From NCBI RefSeq assembly GCF_009834535.1, contig NC_045697.1:102426001-102490000 (forward strand): a stretch of DNA of 64,000 nt, written 5' to 3'. The translations under genes were made by a program, and so were the position numbers. The first letter of the stretch is position 1. Each line of letters starts with the position of its first letter. This DNA comes from Camelus ferus. Lineage: Eukaryota. Below the pieces are notes generated by a model, which had not been told where the DNA came from, did no database searches, and saw only the letters and a list, made by a program, of their open reading frames with translations. Positions 12,455 to 25,830 of the stretch are shown here, one piece after another.

Positions 12455-12985
12455 TGGATCATTCAGAATTTAGTACAGAAAATGAAAATCACTGTAAGTA
12501 TTTCAAACAGAGGGATTTAAAACAAGGAACTGGTTACCCATGTTGAAAGGCAGAAAGAGCAGAAAGGGAACACTAAAATAAAATCAAGAGATCATAACTG
12601 CAGCAATTAGCTACCTTGCCTTGGAAAGAGGAGCAGAGAGTAAGGGATGGGGTCGTTAGAACTGGAAGTCGAAGGAAGGGTTCTCAGAAGCTGACGTTCA
12701 TACCTTGGAGGAGGTGCACTGCCTGATGTTGGCTGGTACAGACTTGAAGGAAGCTGAGAGGAGCTGGAGGCTGCAGCCGATGCTGTTGCTGGAGCCCTGC
12801 TGAGAAAAACAGAAAAACAGAAAGGAAACCTTCTCCCCTCCTTCCACCTACTTGTCTCCCGCTAGCACCTCCTACTGGCAGAACCTAATGAGAACCAGCT
12901 GGCACAGGAGAATCCCAATGCCAACATCACACAGCAGAGGGAGGATTTAGAGTTGAAAGACAAAAGGTGAGTAACTTTGGCTGTA
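12455..12985. mobile_element. Ancient LTR (LTR78/79/33-like)
   Basis: GTATTTCAAACAGAGGGATTTAAAACAAGGAACTGGTTAC and CCTACTGGCAGAACCTAATGAGAACCAGCTGGCA motifs; exact family uncertain. Confidence 0.55.
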
Positions 12986-12999
12986 GCACAGACACAGCC

Positions 13000-13175
13000 A
13001 CTGTAAGAAGTATATTCACATCTGGACTCAGTATTACAACACTTTTGTGCACGTCCAACTGAAACAAGTTTCATGCAGCAATGAGATGCAGTATATTTTC
13101 TTTTCTAGTCTGTTCTATTTCATATTATTTTTTAAATGCTGGTTACACCACCTCTAAATGATTTCATGAATGTCC
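13000..13175. mobile_element. hAT-Charlie (MER119-like) fragment
   Basis: TTCTATTTCATATTATTTTTTAAATGCTGGTTACACCACCTCTAAATGATTTCATGA resembles the recalled MER119 subterminal sequence. Confidence 0.4.
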
Positions 13176-14069
13176 TAGAAGAGTCTCAAATCTGAAAGAA
13201 GCGAGTGATTCCTGGGGTTCCACAGGCATAAAGTGTACATGACTGAGACGAAGAACTCCTATCAATTTCCAACAAAATTCTATGAGTCACTTGGGAAATG
13301 TGGGGAAAGGATGGGAAGATTTGTTTTTCCGATTTCAGAGAAGTCCTTGCAAGGAAACGGGGAATATCACTGTGGTGAAGTTCGCGAGATTCACATTTTA
13401 ATTTCAACTCTGCCTTCTCCATCAACATTACAGAAGTAAGTCTGGAAGTAACGTATGACATAGGTGTTTACAAGGTGGTGCCACTGAAATGCTTAATGAC
13501 CTTTTTAGAGTCAAGATTTATCAACATGGTGGCACATGGAAATTAAGTTTGTTTTCTTTAGTGAATAAGTGTTAGGAAAATTACAGTGTTGTCCACTGGA
13601 TGGCATAAAAGTCTCTAATAATAGATTCTTCTTTAGATCTCTGAGTTAATTAATCTAAAGTAGACTTTTATGACTCAAAAAACACAAAAAGACTGTACTT
13701 TTTTTTGGTTATTGGTTATTAACCAGTATTAAGTCAAACTTTTATATGTACATATATTTTGGTTCATTAGTAATTCAAGTGATGAATTTAGTCCTTATGA
13801 AGCCATCTAGATACCATTACTACTAAAAACACAATCCCTACCCTCCAAAAAACAAACAATAAACCTGGGAAGAAAATTAATTAAAATATGCAAATACAAA
13901 TTAAAATCAGCATAGATGGTTTTTACTCAGAGTTAATAGCTCATTCATGTGTAGAATCTGGAGGAACTTTTGATCTGCATTATACAGAATTTTACCCTTT
14001 GCATTTTTTTTCACCTTGTATTCAAATTATTCTCTGTGCATCACACTCTAAAGTTCATCAGGAAATCCC

Positions 14070-14220
14070 AGGATCCGCATCTCAGCTTAGGTCCTGCTTC
14101 CACCATTTGTGTACCATTTGACCTTTCACAACTCACTTAACTTCTCAGTCCTACATTCTCTTCTCAGTTGACTTTCATGAAGATCAAGTGAGATGATAGA
14201 TGGGAAAGAACCTGGAAGTT
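14070..14220 (+). mobile_element. MIR fragment
   Basis: TGACCTTTCACAACTCACTTAACTTCTCAG...TGAAGATCAAGTGAGATGAT. Confidence 0.55.
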
Positions 14221-14382
14221 TACAGGCTCAATTCAAGGGTAGAATCCTACTAAACACCTCACCTGACATGCACCGTAGCATCTAACAATAGCTCAGGATG
14301 TGTATTTAATAAGCCCCCTGTAACTGAGGCAGCATTTGCTTTAGATGAGAATACCTATCAAGAACCTATAGCTCTCCAGTAA

Positions 14383-15125
14383 GTGGAGGGTGTAGAAAAA
14401 AGAGAACCCTCCTACACTGGTGGTAGGGATGTTATTCGGTGCAGCAACTATAGAAAACAGTATGGAGATTCCTTAAAAAACTGAAATAGAGTTACCATAT
14501 GATCCAGCAATCCCACTCCTGGGCATATATCTGGAGAAAACTCTAATTTGAAAAGATACATGTATCTCAATGTTCATAGCAGCACTATATACAATAGCTA
14601 AGACATGGAAGCAACCTATGTCCATCAACAGATGACTGGATAAAGAAGATGTGGTGTATATATACAATGGAACACTCCTCAGCCATAAAAAGAATGAAAT
14701 AATGCCATTTGCAGCAATATGGATGGACCTGGAGATCATCATTCTAAGTGAAGTAAGTCAGACAAAGACAAATATCATATATCACTTATATGTGGAATCT
14801 AAAAACAATCATACAAATGAACTTATTTACAAAACAGAAACAGACTCACAGATGTAGAAAACAAATTTATGGTTACCAAAGGGATATGGCGAGGGAGGGA
14901 TAAATTAGGAGTCTGGGATTAGCAGACACAAACTACTATATATAAAAAAATAAACAAGATCCTAATATATAGCACAGAAAACTACATTCGATATCTTTGA
15001 ATAACCTAAAATGGAAAAGAATGTGAAAAAGTATACATATACAAGTATTATCAAATTACTATCCTGTACACCAGAAACTAACACAGCATAACAGTGTAAA
15101 TCACCTATACTTCAATTTAAAAAAA
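14383..15125 (+). mobile_element. LINE-1, 5'-truncated (ORF2 end, 3'UTR, A-tail), cetartiodactyl type
   Basis: GAGTTACCATATGATCCAGCAATCCCACTCCTGGG; peptide KKNEIMPFAAIWMDLEIIILSEVSQT; 3'UTR ending TATACTTCAATTTAAAAAAA. Confidence 0.93.
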
Positions 15126-15199
15126 GAAGTAACTGTGGTTCTCTAATCTACTTCTACCAAGAAAATATAAATACACAAATACACAGTGGAGAGCCCCAC

Positions 15200-15380
15200 C
15201 AGCGTACAGAGGTATAAGGAATAATAGCTTGGGTTCAGAGTCTCTCACTTCAGTTCAAATCCCAGCTCCACGACTTCCTGTGCAACCTGGTTAGTCACTC
15301 ACCTTCTCTGTGCCTTATTTCTCCCACCAGTAAAATGGAGGGAATAACATTGTCTAACTCATGGAATTGTTGTGAGGACC
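15200..15380 (+). mobile_element. MIR SINE
   Basis: GTTCAAATCCCAGCTCCACGACTTCCTGTGCAACCTGG..TCACTCACCTTCTCTGTGCCT..GTAAAATGG..GTTGTGAGGA. Confidence 0.8.
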
Positions 15381-15674
15381 ATCATTTTTATTCTTATCCC
15401 CAGAGTCTGAGGAAGCCAGTGGGGAAGTGAAAACAGGATGATGGAATGAAAGAAACTTTGGAAGAGGCATGAATGTGGGAGATGCTTTAAAATTCTGAGT
15501 GCTGCAGCAACACCACAGTACACAGAGTCCCCCCAGATGGCAGATTAAATCACGGAACCTCTTCCTTTCCAAACTTTTCCAGCTCTCTATTTAGAGCAAT
15601 TGTCCAAGGGAACAACACATCTCTGATTTTATCATTTAAAAACTCCCAGGTTTCATAAATAAAACCACAATGAA

Positions 15675-16378
15675 AGACCGCTGCATATCCAAGAGAATGG
15701 CTAAAGTGGAAAAAACAGACAATGCCAAGCATCGAGGAGGGCGTGGAGCAAATGGAACTTAACTATACAGAGGGTGGTCACAGAAACCGCTAAAAACCAC
15801 TTTGGAATACTAGTTGGCAGTCTGTATGAGCGCTGAACATATGCATTCTTTATGGCCCAGAAATTCCACTCCTAGGTACCTACCCAATAGAAATGAATAC
15901 ATATGTTCACCAAAAGGCATGTGCCGGAATATTTAGAGAGACAATATTTATAACAGCCCAAACAGGAAACAACCCAAATTCCATCACACAAGCACAGGTA
16001 AATAAATTGTGGTATATTCATAAAATCAAACGCTATATATCACAGAGGGCGAGCAAAATGTTGCTACTCAGCAGAGATTCATCCCTGAGAAGAGTAGCTG
16101 TAAATTAAAAAAGGCAAACCGTATGATTCCACTTATACAGAGTTTAAAAGCAGGCAAGACTCAACTAGAGTGTTAGAAGTCAGAAGAGTCATTATCTTTG
16201 GAGCGAGGTGGGAACGGGAGGGGACAAGGGGACTTCCAGAACACTGTCAGGCTCTACGTGCGGATCTGGGGCCACATCCCATCAGTGTTCACTTAGTGAA
16301 AATTTGCCAGTGTGGACACATACGTGCATACATATGCACACAGTGTGTGTACGTGTGGATGTTAAACTTAAAAAACAC
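15675..16378 (+). mobile_element. Old LINE-1 (L1ME-type) 3' end
   Basis: ATTCCACTCCTAGGTACCTACCCAATAGAAATGAATACATATGTTCACCAAAAG; GTATGATTCCACTTATA; GTGTTAGAAGTCAG. Confidence 0.85.
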
Positions 16379-16534
16379 TTCAATGCAAGTAGGAGTCTTG
16401 ATCATTTTAATATTGGAATAGAAACAGTTCAGGCCTTTGAAGGGGTTACCTCCCCTGGCACTGCTGAGAACCCCCTTCTTTAGGACATCAGTTAACCCTG
16501 AACCACAGCACTTCACTCAATGCACTGAAATCCC

Positions 16535-16675
16535 TCGTTCACATGTGTGTCTCCCTTACTCAGGCATAATCTGCTCCAGGCTAGAGACTGCGTCTTATTT
16601 ACTATTCTCTCTCCAGTGTTCAACACAGAGCCCAGCACATCATAGGCTTCTAATAAATGTTTCTTGAATGAATGT
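16535..16675 (+). mobile_element. L2 3' end
   Basis: ACAGAGCCCAGCACATCATAGGCTTCTAATAAATGTTTCTTGAATGAATG. Confidence 0.75.
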
Positions 16676-17439
16676 AATATACAACTAATGGGGGATGAGA
16701 TACATTGTACTTTATATTTTATAGAAATAGGCTTTGATGCCAAGTTTGCTGAAATACCAGTTTTTGTCAACTGGCAACCCAGCAGTTTGTGTCAGGCGTC
16801 TTCTGAGTTCTCGTTCCCAAATTTCACCCAAACCATTCATCATCTTTCCCTGGCTTTAGAATAGTATTAACTAAACTCTTTTGATGATAGGAAGCAGAAG
16901 CCATCAGGAGCTGTACCTTCCTCATTAAGGTTTCCTAATAGAGTCACTGATCTGACTGAATGATGAACAAAAGCTGTCGTGCATAGCCTAGCTGACTCTA
17001 TAATTTATCAGAGAAACTGTATAACCTATAATTGCACTGGTTATATACTTACACGACCTGCTAAAGTTTGCAGAGACCAAGTAAGGATGGAGGGAGCGTT
17101 CTAGTTTTGCTAAACCTTTAACAACTTTCTGAGATTCATGGTTTATCAAGAAAAACGAAGTCATCGTCAGAGACCCGGGACACTATTAACCTGAGAATGG
17201 GAATTTGTGCTTCCCACCGTGAGGGGCAAGTTCTCATTTTTCTCACGTGTCAAATCTGTTTAATTCCTTTGGCGTCTCCCGGTTTGTGCTACATGTACTT
17301 AGAGACAACAGCAGCGAACCACGGCACCTGGGCTTTCATCACATTCTGGTCAGAGCTCTTTGCCTTGGAGACTTACACAGCAGAATCAGAAAAGTCAGTT
17401 TCTGGAGGTTTGGAAATTAGTTTCAGATTTGCTGTCTTG

Positions 17440-17970
17440 ACGGCAACCAAAAGGGAGAGACCAATAAAACATTATGTACAGTCCTTAAAAAAGAAGGTGT
17501 GGGGGCGGGGGAGGAGCTTTACGTCATCTACTCAGCAGTGACCCAACCGGAAAAACATTAGTGAATGATTAAAGAAAGATGACCCGAAGGGGAACGCAGG
17601 GGGGATTCAGACGGGCTTTGGTCAGAGCCCCCAAATCTAATGTAATTTCAAGCTGGCCTCAAAATTCAATTTGTGCGGAACCTCCGAGTCATCTATTCCG
17701 CAGCGACGCACAGCGTAATTGCATTTGAACAGCTTCCAGCCGAGCCCTGAGAAATGTCCTGTTCCAGGGCCTCAGTGCCCAGGAGGAAGGCGGCCCAGAT
17801 GACCACACAGGAGGATGGGCTGGGGAACGCCGCCTGCCTGCCGGTCCCACCTGCTGACCGTTGCCCTCCACAGGAAGCACATGTTTCTGCTTAATGCCTT
17901 TTGGCTGTCAGGTAGGGCATCTGCAGGCGGGCAGCTCCCGAGGGCTGCCACCTGGTGCTGTCAGTCGGCC
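17440..17970. promoter_or_regulatory. Candidate promoter or enhancer (motif cluster, locally CpG-retaining)
   Basis: CCAAT 17461; GC box 17501-17510; TTACGTCAT 17519-17527; CCGGAA 17547; HNF1-like GTGAATGATTAAA 17561-17573; CTCF-like (minus) GCACCAGGTGGCAGC 17944-17958. Confidence 0.4.
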
Positions 17971-20900
17971 TCAAACCAAGGAGGAAAAGGGGAGGCATTC
18001 ATCGATGTGCTTATTTTTCTGTGTTTAGGGTGTTTCTTGGGACTTAGAGTTTTCACTTGGCACGGTAACTTGTCTCTTTAGTGAGGAGGGGCGCAAAAAA
18101 AAAAAAAAAAGGAATTTTGCTTGCTTGCCTTTAACTCAGAGTTCCCTTCTTTGGAAAAGCTGTTTAGTAATACCTGGTTCACCCTCATTAAATCTGTACA
18201 GCCTCTTCCCAGGACTACAAACTTCCTTGCAACTATCTTTAAAAAGTATATCCTAGTCCTCAGAATTTGAGACATAGTCATTAAGTTCATTATTTTTTAA
18301 TGCGCTGTTATAAACAATTACAAATAGGCAAGTACAAAGTTAGAATTTGAATCCCATTAAAAAGAAAAGACAAAAATAAAACAGAAATAAACGTCCCGGG
18401 AGAAAGATGGAGTGTTCCTTAGAAAAGATCATTTTTGGCTCCTGTCTCAATAGTTTATAGCATGCAAAGGAATAAAAGATCCTCGCTTCATGTCAACAGT
18501 TAGATCAAATTTCAACCTCAAAAAGACTGCTTGTTCTTATCCAAAATCGACTTATATTTAATTTTAACACATAACTTGCATTTTGCATCTATACATGCTT
18601 TCCAACTTTCCAGAAAACCGAGGAGATGTAATGAAATTGACTAACGAGAAAGCATGATTTGCTTTTACCAGACTGCTTTAAGTAATAGGACAATTGTGAA
18701 CAGGAATCAGTACCTGGGTAAGAAGAAGGCTATTGCCCAGATGACACAGATATTTTGGTTAGTGGCTTTTCACTTGGTTTATTCTACTGATGAATGACAA
18801 AAGTAATGATGATGATTAAATGTATAAAGACACTGGATTAAGGGCAGTATTGGTAGCCACAGGAAAAGTTAGATGTAATTAAATGCTGGATTTGCTCATT
18901 ACACTTTAGATTGTATATCTCAGCACCTACATAATTTTTTTAAAGCATGCACTCACTTATTTACATTACCACTAGAAAAATTAACTTTATCTCTCCAGCT
19001 CTGAACTGTATCTTTTCCACTGAATTCTTTCAACATGTGATTTTTTTTTAATATAACAGGGAATTTCTGAGGAAGGCAACCATCACGCTATAGACGAACA
19101 GACTGTTCTGAACTTCAGAAAACATATTACTATGGTAATTGGTGTTCAGAAAGTCAAGTGGAAATTGCCATGTTAATTCCTGTCCTCGTGGCATTTTTGA
19201 CACTGGAAAGAGTCACAGTGGAGACACAATTAGAGAAACCTACACAGCATATTTATGCACGTTTTCTAGTAAACATAAGCACTCCACTGCCCTTATTTAC
19301 ATGGCCATATTTTCATTCTACCTGTGTATTTTTAGGACGTTCAATAAAATATTTGCTCAGAAAGTATTCCAGACATGTGAAGGCTGGAGGTGCCAAGTCA
19401 TACAAAGAACTGGATGTAAGAGAGGAACAGGAAGTTGAATGGGTGAAAAGTGGTTGGGCAGAGAAACACAAAAGGGATGGAAAAAAGTGCAGAATGACCC
19501 TCAACTTAAGAATAAGAGGAATCAGACCATAACATGAAAAGCAGAAAGTGTTTTCATAATGTCTTGTTCCTACTGATGGTGTCTTGATTATCAGACTTCT
19601 GGTGGGCTGGCTGGGCTCACTCACACTTAGAGGGAACCTGGGCAATGAGTGAAGGGATTTGAGCCTGTCTGGAGGTTTTGGAACCATATTCTGTGTGCGC
19701 TTTCTGATCTCCCAACTATGCACCCAGCATTAGACCCCATGCAACAACCACAACGACAGTGTCCTGCGAGCTCTTTCCCATGTGTTTGAAATGATCAACT
19801 TAGTCTCCCTCAGGGGATGCTGGTGGAGAGTTTGGCCATCACAAGAGGGTGCAGCTCCTGGTACTTAAGGAAGGGGCTCTAACTCAACAACTCAGTGTAC
19901 ACCCCAGGAAGACTCAGGGAACTCCTTCAAGGGAGTTCTGCAGCCAAACGTGTTTATTAAACTGAAGTGATTTTTTTCCAAGCAGCGAGGGCCAGATGCT
20001 CTGCTCCAAAGATAAGGGGAAATTTTAATCTGCTCCTTGAAATCCTCTCTTCAGTTTTCAGACTGAGCTTCCAAGAACTGCCCTTGCCTCAGAACTTGCT
20101 ACGTTTTAAAAGAAGGCTATGACGACAAAGCACTCCTAAGTGTGTAGGCATCTTCCCTATTCCTGTTCACAGAAACAGTATTCCACATCACTGGTCTCTC
20201 CTTCTGCTGGCTCTGGAGTGGAAACACCCATGCCCCTGCGTGCACTGTGAGAAATTCCTAGGTTTTGTTTCATGAATTTTTCATGGAAAGCAAAACAGTC
20301 TTTTTTTCTTTTTTTTCTCAACAGATCTTTTTGAAATGTTTTAAACTTGCTTCGGGCATTTAATTGGATCCATTTTCTTAAATGTTGCTTCCTGCCCTCC
20401 TGTTCTGCTCTCATCCAAACCCCAAACCCGTCAGCCGCTGGCCCATTCGGGGCCCTGCTATGATAACCCTGCAATTGGAGGGTGGAGTTGGGAGAAGAGG
20501 CCTCAGACTTTTGTTTTTCTGGTTCTCCCAACACCCTGGTGGCCTACTTGGGTGTCCCACAAGCTCTCAGTGGAACACAGGGCTTCCCATTTGGCAACAA
20601 CTCTGGCTTGCATGAGCTCCTGAGCTATACTTAAGCAAGGGGGAGAGACAGTTGCAGTAACTGAGACCTGTCTTATGTCCTGGGGCGGGGGGGGGGGGGC
20701 ATTTTCTCACCACATCAGTGGGAGCAGTCATTTCTGCTTCTACACTGGCAAGCCCTGGGGGAGAGGGAGGGAAATCATGCTATTTTCCAGGGTGACAAAA
20801 ATGTAATCGCTGTTCAAGGGTATATTTTCAGGGGAAGTTTTCAACAAAGTTGAAAGGGTTGGGTTTTTTTCCTTAACTTAATAAAAAAGTATCCAGAAAA

Positions 20901-21369
20901 ACATTCTTCAACTTCCCAGGGCTTCTCAAAATGTTAAATTATCAAAGGGAAACCCATTCTATGCAGCGCAGAGCATCCGTATCTTTATAGCTGTGCAAAA
21001 TGGTCACATGCTTTCTTTCCTATTTCTTCCAAATAGACACTGGATTTTGTGTTTTGTAATATTTATAGAAAAATATGGATTAAATTCATAGCCCAGCTTT
21101 TTAAGAATTTCAACTATTTAGAGTGTTCCCCCGAAGCACTAAAAACATGCTGAGGGGGCAGGCACGAATCTGTCAGCGTTTGTATCTAGAGTCTTACGAG
21201 CTGAGACTACTTGCTTCTTCACTAGTCAGTATGTAAAGCGTTCAGACTATTTTTTCTAAGTATGGAGTCACTAAAATTTAACCCTCACACACATCCATAA
21301 AAGTACTGTGATGTAGTGAAAACCACTTCTGGGGTCTGGATTCTCCTGGAACATTTCAAAACCACCTTC

Positions 21370-21626
21370 TGCCCCAATTCTTGACCTTTCCTTGTATCCC
21401 GCAGTACTCAATATCTATGTCTATGGTTCAGTTATATTTCTTCTAACATTGTATTGTATAGATCGTTATACTGGTTTGTTACATGTTTGTCTTCAATTCA
21501 AAAATGGAAAGCCCTTAAGTTCTGTAATGATGTCTCAATCACTACAGAGTTTGCAGGGTCAAGGAAACATCTAGAACTTACAGATGATTGATGAGGGTTT
21601 GTTGCAGGAAAGAATGAATGAATGAA
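21370..21626 (+). mobile_element. L2 3' fragment
   Basis: Degenerate L2 body ending GTTTGTTGCAGGAAAGAATGAATGAATGAA. Confidence 0.5.
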
Positions 21627-23639
21627 AGGAAGTCAAAACTGACATAAAGACACCAAATATTTACATTGAAAAATAAATTATATGTGTGTGTATGTATACA
21701 TATGTTTATATGTATATATGCTTTAAAAGGCATCAAAAGGATAAATGAAGGCACTCTGGGTACAGAATTTTGAAAAGAGGTAAGAAATTTCTTGGCCTTA
21801 TACATATACTTTCTAAGTAAACTCCCTTTCTGAAAAGCAAGCAATGCACATGTTTTTAATAAGATGGGGACAGAAGGGATGGTTGTAATAGGGGAAGTGA
21901 GCTGAGTCTGGGCCCAGCTAGAGTCTGTGCTCACAGTAAGAGAGAAACTCCCCTCTAGGTCTTCCTCCTTCACTTTAGACCTTCTGCTCTGGGCTGCAAT
22001 GTTCCCTTATTTTATCACCCTTTGCTAATAGAAAACCTTGACTTCTTTTGTAAAGGGCTAAAAACTTGGGTGCACCACATTTGCCTACTTTGAATTCTAC
22101 TGGTTGAAATAGAACATTTACCGCCCCTACTTTTCACACACTCAGAGATGAAATGAGCAATGGGAAGGTTCACAGACATTATAGTAGAAACTTAATAGCA
22201 TAGAAGACTTCTCTGGCATCAAATTTATGGACATATGAGGGCAAATGTCTTTTCAACAAAACAAATAAAAATAAAAATTATTGTGTAATATATATACCAT
22301 ATATATATGATGTACAATATACATGGTGTACATCACTGTAAATTAGGTATTCCTTCAGGGGAACCTTCATGTTTGTGATTAAGAATATTCAAAGTTAGGC
22401 ACCCAGAGCTAGAAGAGATCTATGAATTGTAAAAAGCATGTTGTTATCCCAGAGGGAGATTTTGTAAATAGAAGATTTTGTATATAAGCCTATTTATCTG
22501 CAGCCTAGTAAAGAGTTGAGCACTGTCTAGAGAATGTGATCTAAGTAGGCAAACAATTCAGATAATGTAAATTGCAGTTTGAGGCCTAAAAAAATACAAA
22601 AAACATGTTTAGTCTAAAAAAATGGAGAGACCTAAAATGGCATGTAAATTCTGAGAAAAGTTTTTCTGAGACTGGACAATACAGAAACACTGACGTCTAA
22701 ATTAAAATCAAAGAGACTGCCGTTTAAAATGGTGTGTCAAGGAAACCGCTCCTAACAGTTTGTCCCGAGCTCCCATTCAATTCCCACAGACCCATTGAAA
22801 ATGAAAGCAAAGGCAATTATCTATTGCTAGAGTTAGGGGTGAATTTTCATAAATGGAATTAAGTTGAAAAAAAAAATCAGAGCTTATCCATATGTAACCT
22901 CTTGAAGCAGAAAGGCCCTGTTTACCTAGAAGAAGGGGAGAAGAACTTTCTACGGACATCAGTGTCTCTGACCCAGAGCCCATTACTAATAAGAAAAGAG
23001 GCCACTTCTCTTGTCCTGGGCAGAAGGTGTCTTCTGAGACCAGCAGAGTACTACATTCCCCCAACCACATTTTTCGTATTCGTTTTGAGGCAGTATAGGC
23101 CAGAAAATAAAGGAGCAATAAAGAGGGACAGGTGACTGCACATTGCTTCCTGGTTGAACAGAGATGGGGAGAAGTCAATGGCAGTATTTGCTGGAGGTAT
23201 GCTTTTGTGAATGCCATTGGTGTAATGTGCAAAAGAACAGTCTGTGCATGTGGAAGCTGCTTTGCTACCCTTCAAGGCCTTATGTTGATTGAGACAAAAT
23301 GAATGAAAGAAGGCCCACCCAGAGACATGTACAAATAAAGGGTTGAAATATAAGGACAAAGGGAAAACACCCTATTAAACGTCTAGTTAGAAAGTGGAGG
23401 TTAGCTACAAGGAGGCTGAAATCTTGCTGGCTTTCTTTTAAACAAGAAGGGTCAAAAGACATTAGAACCATAGCCAAAGAGAGGTTCAGTAAATTGCCCT
23501 AGGTTACATAACTAAGAACTGGATATAATGGCCTGAGTTTATAAATATAAGGTTTTTTAATCTTAGAAATTTGGAGAAGTGGGTAGTAAAATCCCTCAGA
23601 TGTATTACACATACTTCAAACAACTGTGGCTAAAATCTC

Positions 23640-24075
23640 ACACTTTTTCTTTCCCCCCAAAACATTATTTTCCCAGCTCTCACCATTTCCCTAAATGGCC
23701 TCACCATTTATTGAATACTCAAACAAAAAAATTGGAAATTATTTTAATTATTTCCTTTCCTATATAACCCATATTTAATCTAACGGACGTTTCACCAACT
23801 GTACTTTCAAAATGTCTCTTTTGCATCCAGTTTGCTCATTTCTACTGTCACATCCTTAGCCCAAGTAACCATCGTTCTTCCTACCTCTGACTGTTTCTAT
23901 AACTTCCTAATTGATCTCTCTAACTTTTGTCTTAACTCCTTTTTATTAATTCTTCACCCAGCCACCATAAAACACGGATCATCCTTAAAATTCCCCAACA
24001 GCTCCCCACTGCTCTTGGAATAGAACTTTGACTCCTTCCTGTGTCCTAAGAAGCTGTGCATGTTCTGGCCCCTGC
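23640..24075 (+). mobile_element. L2 fragment
   Basis: CAAGTAACCATCGTTC..TAACTTCCTAATTGATCTC..CCTTAAAATTCCCCAACAGCTCCCCACTGCTCTTGGAATAGAA..TGTTCTGGCCCCTGCCTAC. Confidence 0.7.
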
Positions 24076-24337
24076 CTACTGTTTCCACCTTATCCTGAAT
24101 TTCGGATGCCCCTGTCAGCCTTTGACATCTTAGGTTTTCAAGAACTATACATTACAGAATATTGGAATAATAAAATGAATACATTTGAATCAACATGTGT
24201 ACCTCTCTGTCTTGCACTCACTACACTCCAGCCACCCTGTTGGACTGTCGGAATAAATGTTGGGTCTAACTGGATATAAAGTTATAGAATGCTTAAACTA
24301 TTATTAAAACATGATGAGTGAAACAGGTGAGAGAAAT

Positions 24338-24475
24338 TAAGAGGTACAAACTTCCAGTTACAAAATCAATGAGTCACAGAGATGAAATGTACAGTATGGG
24401 GAATATGGTCAATAATAATGTTAATACTTTGTAGGATGACAGATCATAACTAGACTTATTGTGGTTATCATTTTT
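24338..24475 (+). mobile_element. LINE-1 3'UTR fragment (L1MA-like)
   Basis: GAGGTACAAACTTCCAGTTACAAAATCAATGAGTCACAGAGATGAAATGTACAGTATGGGGAATATGGTCAATAATA. Confidence 0.8.
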
Positions 24476-24834
24476 TAAGAAAAGTTAAAAAAATTATAAA
24501 AATTTAATCGAAGAAAAATTAAATGTAATAACACATTTAATATTTAGGGGCATATAAGAAGAAATTAATTTAATTTTTTAAAGTTTTAGATTGTATAAAG
24601 TACTATGTTAATAAAAATTTAAATCTTACTATATACTGCTGATTCCACAGCACCTAGAACAGTACCTGGGACAGGGAGACTGTCAGTAGTATTTGGTGAA
24701 CACATAAATTCTACAGGAAAATGTTACTTGTCTTAAGAAATAGAAAGCCTGAAAAGAGCAAAAACCCGGGGTGAGGGGGAAGAGGAAAGATCACTTTATG
24801 TTATCAAAGAATAACTCAAATTCCCAAACACTCC

Positions 24835-25258
24835 TATTCAATAAAATTGGGTATTTACTATAGACCAGGAACTACTCTAGACACTGGGGCTATCTACCCT
24901 GCCTCCCCGTGCCCCTGCCAGGGGGAAAAAAAAAAAAAAACTGTCTTCATAAAGTTTCATTCTTTTCCTATTAGCAATAGGAAAAAAATAAATAACCAAA
25001 CAGGTGGTATGTGCTATGAAGTAAACTACAGCAGCGTGAGGGGAGTCAGGAAGGGGGTCCATCATTGGTCCTTCCTCAGAGTCAGAGAAGGTCCGTTTGG
25101 TGTTACCTGCCAACTAGGTTATTGTTATAATCCTAGCAAGAGACGATGGTGGCTGAAACCAGGGTAGTCACAGTGGAAGTAGCAAAATGGTGGGACTTTG
25201 GGTCTGTCAGTGTCCATATTCTGAAGATGGACCTGACAGGGTTTGTTGATGGGTGAGG
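24835..25258 (-). mobile_element. L2 fragment
   Basis: GAGACGATGGTGGCTGAAACCAGGGTAGT..ATATTCTGAAGATGGACCTGACAGGGTTTGTTGATGG. Confidence 0.7.
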
Positions 25259-25429
25259 AGAACTTATACTTTAAGGCATAAAACATCTTATAAGCTATAA
25301 AAATAAACAACAACAAGCAAGCAAACAGTAAAGCACCGGTTCAATGCAGGAATCAGTAACTAGATCTATATGAAGAGACCACCTGTGAACAGATACCAGG
25401 ATATATTTTTAAATTGAGCATATGATAAG

Positions 25430-25830
25430 CTTGTTTTTACAAATCAAATCTGTGGAGAAGAATTATTCAATAAATGGTGCTAAGAAAACTTGTTACCTCT
25501 TTTTAAGTCATATTCCTGGCTACTACATACACCAAAGAAATGGTAGATGGAATAATAAATTTGATGTGATAAATTTTTTAAAGGCAACCATTAATATCAA
25601 GAATACATTTCTGATGAATTTATATCTGAACTCAGTACTCAGAAATTCAAAGTTTAATAGCAACAAAAGAAATCACAGAGGGGAAAAAAATACTAGAGTT
25701 AACTAGATAAAAACACAGAACTTCAAAAATATATAAACAAAATTAAAGCCAAACAAACCAAAAAAACCTTGCCATAAATATGGCACAGAGAGTCAATGTT
25801 CTTATCATATACAATTTTATTTTAAAAACC
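25430..25830 (+). mobile_element. Very old LINE-1 ORF2 fragment
   Basis: TTATTCAATAAATGGTGCT..AGATGGAAT..AAAAGAAATCACAGAGGGAAAAA.. Confidence 0.55.

Noticed and set aside
14360..15145. Possible TSD around the L1 at 14383-15125
   Set aside because: Only about 12 of 17 positions match, too weak to call
19158..19532. 124-aa ORF with a hydrophobic, signal-like N-terminus
   Set aside because: Begins at GTG, matches no family I recognise, and has no supporting splice or poly(A) structure
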